A DNA stretch of 50,757 nt, taken from the IMG/VR virus record IMGVR_UViG_3300046724_000204, one strand, 5' to 3'. The notes under the pieces were generated by a model. It was given only the letters and a program-made list of their open reading frames with translations. It was not told where the DNA came from and did not search any database. Positions within the stretch are counted from its first letter, which is position 1; the number at the start of each line of letters is the position of its first letter. Of the stretch, positions 8,150 through 18,100 are shown in pieces. Both the position numbers and the translations under genes were made by a program. Origin of the DNA: a virus.

Positions 8150-9256
8150 ATGTGTCTCGGACCGGAGTTCGCCGCCGCCATGGCCGCCGCCGCGCCCTAC
8201 ATCGCGGCCACGTCGGCGGCGGTGGGCACGGGGGCGACGATCTATGGCGCGTCTCAGTCATCAGCCGCGCAAAGTCGTGCCGCCGACGCCGTAAGACAGC
8301 AGAACGCCGCCACCACGCAGGCGCAGAACCAGGCGTTCCTGGAGCGCATGGCGGCGACCAAAGCCCAGTCCGACGCGCAGTTCGCCACCGGCCAGCGCGA
8401 AACCCAGGACCGCACCACCCAGGCCATGGCGACCCGCGCGGCGCAGAACGCGGCGCTGGACCGGCAGAACCAGACGGTGAACGCCGAGAACCAGACGGCT
8501 GACCAGTTGCGCGCCGCCGCCGACGCGCGGGCGCAGGAACTCTTGCAGTCAACCGCCGCGCCGGGGGTCTTCGATAAGTCCCAGCAAGGCGCCCAGGACC
8601 AGGCGGCGATGCTGCTGGCGGCGTCCCAGGCGCCGGGTCCCACCGGTCCCGCCGCTACTGATCCTTCGGGTTCCGGCGCGTCCACCTCGGTCAACGACCC
8701 GGTGATGAAAACCGCCCTGGCAAGGCGCATGGGGATCGCCGCCGCCAACATCCGCCAGTATGGCTCCGACATCGCCAGGGTCGCGTCCTACGGTCAGCCG
8801 TTGCACGACACCGGCCAGGCGGTTACCGAGAACCAGACCGCCATCATGCCGACGCAGGCGGCGGAAAAGCTCCTGGCCGGCGGCTCCAACATCAGACTGC
8901 TGCCCTCGCAGATCGCTTACCGCAACGCCACCGACTACGGCGGCGCGGTGGATCAGTTGATCCAGCAACGCGCGGCGGGTGAGAACCAGTACGCCGGGCT
9001 CCAGTACGGCAACACGACGGGCAGCGCCAACCTGAGACAGTCCGACGCCGACACCCAGGCCGCCAACGCCGCCGCGCAGGCCAAAGCGGACGCCCAATGG
9101 CAGCAACAGGTGGCCGGGCTGTACTCCGGGATCGGCCAACTGGGGCTCTACGGCGCCGGGCGCTACGGCCCGGCGATATTGCCGGGTGCGTCGGGTTTGC
9201 CGGCGGCGACAACCGCGCCAAAAATCATTGGCGACGGAACCGGGGGGTTCAATTAA
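8150..9256 (+). CDS. A/Q-rich protein, internal virion / ejection protein candidate
   Basis: 368 aa with GGGAG 8 nt upstream of the ATG. Starts MCLGPEF, followed by a hydrophobic AAAMAAAAPYIAATSAAVGTGATIYG segment and then Q/A-rich sequence. Confidence 0.4.
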   Translation: MCLGPEFAAAMAAAAPYIAATSAAVGTGATIYGASQSSAAQSRAADAVRQQNAATTQAQNQAFLERMAATKAQSDAQFATGQRETQDRTTQAMATRAAQNAALDRQNQTVNAENQTADQLRAAADARAQELLQSTAAPGVFDKSQQGAQDQAAMLLAASQAPGPTGPAATDPSGSGASTSVNDPVMKTALARRMGIAAANIRQYGSDIARVASYGQPLHDTGQAVTENQTAIMPTQAAEKLLAGGSNIRLLPSQIAYRNATDYGGAVDQLIQQRAAGENQYAGLQYGNTTGSANLRQSDADTQAANAAAQAKADAQWQQQVAGLYSGIGQLGLYGAGRYGPAILPGASGLPAATTAPKIIGDGTGGFN

Positions 9257-9259
9257 GCC

Positions 9260-11050
9260 ATGCCAGTTTTCGCCACCGGTAATACGGGATGGGACCAGGG
9301 CCTGAACAGCCTCGCCGGAAGCCTGTTTCCCGATCCCTCGAAGCAGGCGCAGGCGGGATATTACGGCGCCGAGACGGCGAAGACGCTGCTTGATGCCCAG
9401 AAACTACGCTACCAGCAAGGCAAGATGGAGGGGCTGGACGCGGATCTGGCGGGTGTGTTTGGCCCACCACAACCCGGCGCGCCGCCACCCATGGCATCGG
9501 TCCCGGTCCCGGGACCTGTCCCGGTCCCAGGAGCCGCCCCGGCGGCGCCACCCGTGTCGGGTCCTCCGGTCACGGGCGGCAACCAGAGCGCCCTTCAACC
9601 CCCCGGCGGCGGGGTGAAACAAGCGCCCCCGGCGCAAACCAATGGTTCGCCGGCACCACCCCTTGACCTGTCACGGATCATCACCCACGCCATTCAGGGC
9701 GGCGCGCAGCCTGAGCAGATCGCGCACATGGCGGGGGCCATCATCAACGGCATGGTGGCGAGCGGACGCATCGACCGGGCCACTGGCAATGCCATGATGG
9801 CGAGTATGGGCGCCCCCGGCGCCTACGCGGCGGACGTGGACTCCCGAACCCGGATCACCACCACGGGTATAACCGAGGCGGGCGCGACCCAGCGCAAGGG
9901 GATGGAGCCGCAGCATGTCATCCGGGTCAGCGATGGCGCGGACATGAATGTTCCCCTGGCGGAGGTGATCGCGCATCCTGGTCTTTACCGGGGCTATGAC
10001 AGCGCCCGGCTTCAGGCGGGCGACAAGCCCGAGCCCGTCACGGTGAACGGGCAACCCGCTTACAAACAAACCCGGGATCTGACGCAACCCGGTGTCACAC
10101 CCCCCAGTGAAAGCACTCCGGTCATGGTGGTGCCTGTTGGCGGTGGTCCGGCCCGGTTGATGCTGCCCGCCGATGTGCGGGCCAATCCCGGGGCGTGGCG
10201 TCCCGCGCAGAGTTCGGACACCGCCGTCACGGGAACGGTGGGACCGGCTGGTCCGATGAACGTGACCGCCGCCGAGACGCTGAACCAACCCGGCGTGACA
10301 CCGCTGCCCGCCACCACCGACCAGGGCAGCGCGCAGGCCACCGCTTTGCTGATGGACGCGTTGCGCAAAGGCGATCTCGCGAAAGGTCAGAGCATCATCC
10401 GCGCGATGCAGCAGACCCAGAACGCGCAGATACCCAAGCAGGTCATCACGCCGCAGCAACAGGAGGACATGGACAAGGCGGACCTGGCGTACTTCGCCAA
10501 CCTGTATCCCCCGCCGAGCGGCGCGAACCCGCGCACATCGTCGCTCCCCGCCGCGCCACAGCCGGATCAACTGGCGTACTTCAACGGGTTGAAGCGTATC
10601 CTGACGAACGGTGCTTACAAAAATAACCCAGCCGCCGCCGGTCCCGTGGCCTGGGAACTGATGCGGGCCAGCGGGATGATCCCCAAGGACGCGACCAAGG
10701 ATCGGACGGTGGGGATACAACCCTGGGCCGTGCCGGGGTACCAGGGCGAGTTTCCGAACATCACGGGCGGCAAGACGGACGAGCAACGGATCTACATCGG
10801 CGATGCGAAGAAACTGCCCCGGGACAAGCAGGGAGGCTTCGACTACTCGATGTTCGAGGGTTCGGTGGGGAACCCCAGCCTGACCGACACCGGGGCGCCG
10901 AGGCCCCAGGCCACGCCACCCGCGTCCGGGACCGGCCTGGGCACGCCCCTGGGATCAGCGGGTAGCCTGCCGGACGGGCCGTTCACGGCGAAGTCCACGG
11001 GTAAAAAATACATCGTCCAGGACGGTCAGCTTTACGCGGCGCCACCCTGA
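9260..11050 (+). CDS. Pro-rich virion-module protein (596 aa)
   Basis: Tightly packed in the operon, 3 nt after the previous stop. Its stop overlaps the next start (TGATG at 11048-11052). No family recognised. Confidence 0.4.
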   Translation: MPVFATGNTGWDQGLNSLAGSLFPDPSKQAQAGYYGAETAKTLLDAQKLRYQQGKMEGLDADLAGVFGPPQPGAPPPMASVPVPGPVPVPGAAPAAPPVSGPPVTGGNQSALQPPGGGVKQAPPAQTNGSPAPPLDLSRIITHAIQGGAQPEQIAHMAGAIINGMVASGRIDRATGNAMMASMGAPGAYAADVDSRTRITTTGITEAGATQRKGMEPQHVIRVSDGADMNVPLAEVIAHPGLYRGYDSARLQAGDKPEPVTVNGQPAYKQTRDLTQPGVTPPSESTPVMVVPVGGGPARLMLPADVRANPGAWRPAQSSDTAVTGTVGPAGPMNVTAAETLNQPGVTPLPATTDQGSAQATALLMDALRKGDLAKGQSIIRAMQQTQNAQIPKQVITPQQQEDMDKADLAYFANLYPPPSGANPRTSSLPAAPQPDQLAYFNGLKRILTNGAYKNNPAAAGPVAWELMRASGMIPKDATKDRTVGIQPWAVPGYQGEFPNITGGKTDEQRIYIGDAKKLPRDKQGGFDYSMFEGSVGNPSLTDTGAPRPQATPPASGTGLGTPLGSAGSLPDGPFTAKSTGKKYIVQDGQLYAAPP

Positions 11051-11616
11051 TGGCCGGCGACATAGACAGCCTGATCCGCGCCGCCGCCGAGCGGTACAAC
11101 CTGGATCACGACATGTTTCGTCGCCAGTTGGTGGCGGAAAGCGGGCTCAACCCGAACGCGCGCAACCCGTCCGGCGCGTCGGGCATCGCGCAGTTCATGC
11201 CGGCCACGGCGCGGGGACTGGGGATCGACCCCATGGACCCCTCGCAGGCGATCCCCGCCGCCGCGCGGTACATGCGGGAGAACCTGAACCGGTTCGGCGG
11301 CGACTACACGCACGCGCTGGCCGCGTACAACTGGGGTCCCGGTAACGTGGCGTCCAAGGGTATCGCCAGCATGCCCGCCGAGACCCAGAGATACGTCGCG
11401 CACATCATGGGCGGGAGCGGCGGCGGTCCCCCCGCGCCCATGCAGGACTCAACGCCCCCTGGCCCGCCCCCAGGGCCGTTGACGGCGGCGGTGGCACCGG
11501 ACGGTCCTCCCCTTCCGATGTCGCCGCCGCCACCAGAGTCCAACCCGCTGGGGGCGCCCACGTCACTGGCGGATGCGTTCATGCAGGCGGCGCGGCGAGG
11601 CCGGGGAGTGGTGTGA
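11050..11616 (+). CDS. Lytic transglycosylase (SLT domain) protein
   Basis: QLVAESGLNPNARNPSGASGIAQFMPATARGLGIDP ... HALAAYNWGPGNV. This gives the catalytic Glu-Ser, the GxxQ(F/L)M and the AYNxG motifs of family-1 lytic transglycosylases. The C-terminus is Pro-rich. Confidence 0.85.
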   Translation: MAGDIDSLIRAAAERYNLDHDMFRRQLVAESGLNPNARNPSGASGIAQFMPATARGLGIDPMDPSQAIPAAARYMRENLNRFGGDYTHALAAYNWGPGNVASKGIASMPAETQRYVAHIMGGSGGGPPAPMQDSTPPGPPPGPLTAAVAPDGPPLPMSPPPPESNPLGAPTSLADAFMQAARRGRGVV

Positions 11617-12120
11617 ATGTCAGGCAATCAAACCGATCCGCTCGACATGACGGATCAGTACAACACACCGCTTACACCAGAGGGCGAAGCCCAGTATCAG
11701 CAGTGGCTGGCGCAGCAGTCCCAGGCGGCGGGACGTGACATGTCCCGGGACACCTACGACTATGACATGCGCGGCGCTTTTCTTGGTGGCGCTGGTCGAG
11801 CCGGCAACGGTCACTATCCCGATACTTACAAGAAACCCAACCATCCGAGCTTTTCGGATCAGAGCCAGTATCACGGCGCCGATGGGCACCTGGGCGGCGC
11901 GTGGTCCCAGGCGCCAAATGGCGCGTGGCGGTTCGCCCCTGGACCCACCAACCTCCAGATGCACGGTCCCGCCGGGCTACAGAACTATTTCCAGCGAGGG
12001 GACCCGAACGTGATCCTGGACCTGCCGCCCGCGCCGGCCCCGACGCCCGCCCCAGCAACGCCAGTCGCACCCCTGTCGATGCTGGATTACGTCCGACAGT
12101 CCATGGCGCGGTCCAGCTAG
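11617..12120 (+). CDS. Hypothetical virion-module protein (167 aa)
   Basis: ATG lies 1 nt after the previous stop and the next gene starts at 12121. Contains YDYDMRGAFLGG...GHYPDTYKKPNHPSFSDQSQYHG. No family recognised. Confidence 0.5.
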   Translation: MSGNQTDPLDMTDQYNTPLTPEGEAQYQQWLAQQSQAAGRDMSRDTYDYDMRGAFLGGAGRAGNGHYPDTYKKPNHPSFSDQSQYHGADGHLGGAWSQAPNGAWRFAPGPTNLQMHGPAGLQNYFQRGDPNVILDLPPAPAPTPAPATPVAPLSMLDYVRQSMARSS

Positions 12121-15100
12121 ATGCCGCCCGATGGGATGCCTGATCTTCGTGACCTCGTCCCCACGCGATCCGAGGACCCGGCGCGATCCGAGGCAATGCC
12201 GAACCTCCAGGACCTCGTGCCGACACCAGCACCGCCCCAGGCGCGCACCGAGGTGATGCCTGATCTCCGGGACCTCGTACCCACGCCGCCGGCCCAGGCC
12301 ACGCCGTCCCCGGCGATAACCACGCCAGCGGGGCCAGCCGCGCCCCCGGGACCCTGGATGCTGGGTGAGACCGGGACGCCGGATGATACCAACCCACTGG
12401 ACGCGCCGCCGTCCACGGGGCCGCACGGGTTCGGCGTCAGCCTGGTCGAAGGCATCGTGGATACCATGTCGCAAGGACGCCAGCTTGCCCGGGGCGAGGC
12501 GTTTTCCGACGAGAACATTCCACCGCCCGTGGAGCGCACGTTGCTGGGTAAAGCGGCCTACGCGCTGGCTCCCGGGGCGGTCACCGCGTCCGGTATCGCC
12601 GTGGGCGCGGCGGGTGGCGCCGCCGGGGGCACCGCCGTCGGAGGACCGGCGGGCGGTGTCGCGGGCGGCATCGCCGGGGGCATCGCCGGGGGTGGCGCGC
12701 TGGGCTTCGCGCAGTCTTTGATCCCGTCCTACCAGGACGCCCGCAGACGCGGTCTGAGCCATGACGACGCGGTGAACGAAGCCTACAAACTGGCGGCGGC
12801 GAGCGGCGTACTGACAGGTGCCACGGCGCCGCTGTTCGCCTGGGCGCCGTTCAGGAGTTGGGTCGGTAACCTGCTGTTGCATACGACGGTGACGGGTCCC
12901 GCCATCGGCGCCACCGAGCGCGGCCTGATCAACCCGGCGATCACCGGTCAGCCGGCGCCGAGCGCCGAGGAAATGGCGTCGGGGTTGCTCTCCGATATCG
13001 TCATGGGCGGCATGTTCACCGCCGGCATGCACGGCGGTCCCGCGCTGGCCCGGCGGTTCATGCCCGATGGCAGGCCGATCCTGGACGTGGGTGTTCCCGA
13101 GACACCGCCCGGGCAAGGCTTGCTGACCAGTACTCCTGGCGTCGCGCCCGCGCCCGAGCCGCCCCCGCCAGGGTCCTACGGGCGCGAACTGTTCACCGCG
13201 CCCACCGAGACGGCGCCCCCCGTCGTCACGCCTGTCAGCGGCGGTGTGCCACCAACCATGCCGCCACCGACAGAACCAGCGACGCCACCGACAGGACCAG
13301 CGACAGAGCAACCACCCATCCCACTTCAACCTCCAGCCAGGACAGAACCTGATGTTAGCACAGTCCAGCCCCGCCCAGGTGAACCCGTCGAGCCCGTCAC
13401 TCTCGCTGCCCCTGCTGTTCCCGAACCGCCCCCCGACCAGACGATCCAACCCGCCCCCGGTGAAACCGCCCGTCCTGGTTTGGAGCCGACCGCCGGTCCA
13501 GCTGGAACTGTTCCCGTGGATGAAACCCAACCCGGCGGGCAACAACCAGTTGAGCCGGGCATCGCTCCCGGCGTGGTTCGACCCGAGCCAGCTGCTCCTG
13601 CCTCAGAGCCTCAAACCTCTCGCATAGAGCCTGGAACCGAACTGCCTGTCCCGGGACCAGTTGAACCTGTCCCGGGACCACGGCCAGCGGAGCCGGCACC
13701 CCCGGCGGAACCGACCGAGCCATCGATCCGGGGGAGCACACCGAGGGAAACCTTCGACGCGTTAACCCGGTTCAACGCACCCGACGAAGCCTATCGCGAC
13801 ATGCTTTCCACCGGCACCAAGGAGCCCCTCAAAGCGGGCGAAACGTGGCGCGACCGGGCGGAACGCTACGTCAAAAGCCTGGAAGAACCCACACCCACGG
13901 CCCCCCGTGTCGTCAAAGGTGGGCCTGGGTGGGACCCCAACAAGAACCCCGTCGCCCCCGGCGGTCCACTCGCCGAGCCCCCGCCCTCCAGTGAACCGCC
14001 GCCAGCGTGGCGCGCGAAGAACCGGGACATCCCTGACACGCTCTATCGTGGCTCCGGGCGCGAGGACCAAACAGGCGTCTACAATCCCGCCGGGGGCACG
14101 CCGATCCCGATCCTGGGACCGGGGCGCTATCACGCGTTCACCGAGGAACGCGCCAAAAAGTATGGCCCCAACATCGAGATCACGCCCAACGATCTGCGTA
14201 ACCCGCTCATAATCAGATCCGACGAACAGTGGAAAGCCCTGACCAAGGAAGCCGGCTGGGCGTTCCCCAACCCGTTCGGACTGAGCAAGGAGGTCATCAC
14301 CCGAAACACCCAGGCCATGCGAGACCTCGTCGAGGCCAAGGGCCACGACGGTGTCATCGTTCACTGGGACGACAGCACTCACCTGGACGTGGACAGTCAG
14401 GGCCGAGGCATAAAGTTACTGCGCAACGTGTTTCGCGACCCCCAGGCGGTGGACTACCGAGGCACGGGCACCGCCGAGGATACCCTGGCGAAACGCGGTT
14501 TCGGGGGCCAGACCCGAACCCCGAAAGCGCCGGGAACACCCGACCCGCTACCCAAACGCGTCGGCGCCGCCCCCCGCGTGGCGCCCGAACCCGTACCCGA
14601 ACCGGGCCGCGCGCCCACCCTGGAGGATTATAATTACTCACGCGATGTGAGCATGCACCGGCAGGCGTTCCACGACGCGCTGGCCGGGACCGGCGAGGAC
14701 CCCAGGACCGCCGCCAACAAGCCCATGCCGGAGCAAATCGCCCTGCTCAGTAAAGCGGTCAAGGATAAATACGGTTTCACCGACGTAACGGTACGACCCG
14801 GGGCCGAACCCCGGATCGTGCGCGACCAACTCCTGAACATGCACCAGAACATGCAGAACATGGCGCACGCGCTGGGCTGGGCGCCCGAGGTGATGTCGCT
14901 GGACAGACTGGTCAACCTGGACCTCGTGCCGCGCCAGTTCGATGGCGGGCACTGGATGGGACGCTACCAGTGGGGCGGTAACACCAAAACCATCCAGATT
15001 TCCGGCGGGTCGAACAGTTTCGCGCACGAGTTATGGCACGGGATCGATAATTATCTCAGCGACGTACTGAACAAGAACCCCAACAAGCAGGCGCTTTTCA

Positions 15101-18100
15101 CACGGTCCGCCCGAGCCGGCGAACTGGACCCCGCCCAGGACCCGGTGCAGGCGGCGTTCGCGCATGTGCTGAACACCATGAGCCATGGATCGGGCGAGAT
15201 TTTGTTACGCCGGCTCATACTGGAACAGACCGCCAAACAGGTGAACAAGGCCGGCCAGCCCACGAAGCGGGCGGTGGACGCGCGTGCCATGCTGGACCGG
15301 CTCAACGCCGCCGCCACGGGTGGCCTGCGTATCCCGGACAGCGACTTCGTGAAGCAGGCGAAAGGACTGCCACAACCGCGCTACCACGCCAGCGTGGAGG
15401 AACTGTTCGCCCGCATGGCCGAGGCGTACACCGCGTACAAGATGGTTCAGGCCGGCGTCCCGGACACGGCGGGCGTGGCGAAATCCGATCAGGCGTACCA
15501 GGACGAAACGATCCGCTACCTGCGCGAGGCTTACCCCGACCCAGGCGACCGGCTGCGGCAGTTCGCCGCCATGGATAACCTGGTCTACGAGATGCAACGC
15601 GCGGCGGTGCTCAACCATGGCCACGCGCCGGCCCAGAGAGCGTCCACGGCGCGCACCCTGGCGATGTGGCATGACCGCCCCCCGGATATCGGTCCCGGCT
15701 TCATGGCCGCGCTGCGCGCCGACATGGCGGCGTTGCGCCCGGACCGGCTGCTGAACAGCGATCACGACCAGATCGTGTTCCCAAAAGACCGCGAACCGCC
15801 GCCGCCCACCTGGAACACCAGGACCGGCGTGGCCCGGCCCAAGAACGCGGGCGAACGCATGGGCGACGCGGCGGGAGGCTGGTTCCTCTCGGTGATGGGC
15901 AACCTGGAACGCTGGCGGAAGCAACTTCCCCCGGGCGCGCGGCCCTACCTGACCCAGATCCTGGATCGGGTCGGGGTCTCCCACGAGGGCCGCTTGCAGC
16001 CCATGACGTTCGAGGAACGCTACCGGCATCCTTCGCGCAAGAAATCCGCCGAACTGAGCGATGCGTTCCGCGACAGCGGCCTGGTCAACAGAGTGGGGAG
16101 AATATACACAAGTAAAGCCGACGACGAAATGATCTGGCACACCCTGACCACGGGTGAGCACACGTATCCCACGAACCACCTGGACCCGAACGGTCCCCGG
16201 GTGCCGATCCCCGGCAAGATCCTCGACTTCGCGGAAAAAGCCCGGCCCATCCTGGACGCCATGCACAAGATGGCGGACGACGCCGGGCTGAAAGTGGGTC
16301 ACGCGTCGGAGGGCGGCGGCTACGCGCCGCGCACCTATGACGATCACAAGATCCTGGGTCACGAGGGCGAGTATCGCCGCGACATGACCGAGGTCGTGAA
16401 GATCATCTTCAACAACGATATCGACGCGGTCCCGGACGCGGAGCAGCCAGCCCGGTTGCACCAGTGGTGGCGCGGCGTGGGCGAGGCGGTGCGCGACGAT
16501 CCCATGCTGGACCCGAAAATCCGCGACGCGATGGAGACACTGGGTAAAAACCTGACACGCATCAAGAACATCGAAGCCGAACTGGCGGCGGGTCCCGGCG
16601 GTCCCGGGGTCAACCCCACCACGCACGATCCGGTGAAACTCAACGCCGACCGGCTGACCCTCATCGATGAAAACCAACAGATTTTCGGTGCGTTCCGTAA
16701 TCGGGTCCGGGACCATTACGCGCCCATCGAAGCGAAGAACCGTTTCGATCGGATCGCCAAAGGCGACATATCGAACTGGGAGACCTTCGGCCCGAAGTCG
16801 CAGTTCCTGAAGGGCCGGACCCTGCCGCCGGAAGCGGATCGCATCCTGCGGAACTGGATGATCCAGAAGCCGAGGGAGGGTTTGCTCAACTACATTCACG
16901 GCATGAGTCAGAAGGTCGCCTACCACGAGATATTCGGTGAAACCGGTGGGGAAATCGAGAAGCTGATCCAGCACATGGTGGACGCGGGCGCGCACCGCAC
17001 CATCACCGACGAGATCAGCCGGGCGGTGGAACTGCTCACCGGGCGGGCGCTGCGCGACGTGGACAACGCCACCAACACGATCACCAACACGGTCGCGGCG
17101 CTGGGCACCATGATGCTGCTGCCCGGGGCGTCGATCACCGCGCTGGGCGAGCCCGCCGCGACGTTGATCAACGGCGGCAACATGCGGCAACTGGTCCGCA
17201 CCTACACCAACCTGGTCGGGCAGATCCTGCGCACCGCCAAGGGCGCCGAGCGGATGGCGGCGGTGCGCTATATCGGCGGCGTCATCGACAGCATGCAGAG
17301 CAGCGCCGCCGCCAACCGGTTTCAGGACTACTCGGGAACCCCGCGCATCGCCAGCCTGGTGAACGGTTTCATGGAACTGGCCATGGGCAAGATGATCCGG
17401 CACCTGCGCGCGGCGGGGCTGGACGCCGGGTCCCGTCACCTGATGCCCTTGCTGCTGAAATACGCGACCGAACCGGCCAAGGGCGACTACGAACTGAACC
17501 GCCAGGACGACGCTCAACGCATGCTCCGGGAGTGGGGTGTCCCGGACAGGCGCATGGCCGAGCTACGGGATTTCCTGGACCAGGCCGGGGGACCGCCAAC
17601 ACCAGCCCAGATCGCCGCCGCCGGTCGCGTGGGCGAACTCTACGAGTTCGCCGCCAACCGGATGCTGGATCGCTTCAACCAGGACCCGTCACCCGCCGAG
17701 AAACCCGTGGGCGGCATGAAAAACCCGGTCCTGCGCATGATGTTCGGGCTGACCTCGTTCATCTACACGTTCTTCCGCCACACCATGATCCCCTGGCTCG
17801 AAAAGGCCGGGCACGCCCGCCAGCGCCAGTTCGACCGGTCCACCGAAGCAGGAGACAGGTTCCCGAACATGCAAGCCGAGGCGGCGCGGTTCGCGTCCTG
17901 GACCGGGGCGCTGACCGGCATGGCGGTGTTCCTGGCCGGGACCGCGCTGCTCTACTCGGTGCGGACCTTCTTCCTGAGCCATCAGGTCTGGCAAAAGCAT
18001 GCCGAGGCCGGCGACCTGCTCCCCTGGCTGATCAGCGGCGCGATCTCCCAGTCGGGCATCGCCGGTCCCCCCGATATCATCCTCCAGGGTCTGGTCGGAC

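Noticed and set aside
14041-14400. LYRGSGRED... region of the giant protein as an ADP-ribosyltransferase (R-S-E) domain
   Set aside because: Only the YRG-like strand is visible. I could not locate convincing S-T-S and E-x-E motifs by eye, so it is mentioned only as an uncharacterised globular region pending profile searches.
15205-17517. Long antisense ORFs inside large genes (15205..17517, 7094..8149, 48328..49893, 33751..34989, 11977..13545, 9671..10786, 20101..21102, 37702..38781 and similar)
   Set aside because: These are typical high-GC artefacts. Their translations are R/G/P/H/V-rich with no motifs, and each lies opposite an ORF with clear family signatures or operon context.
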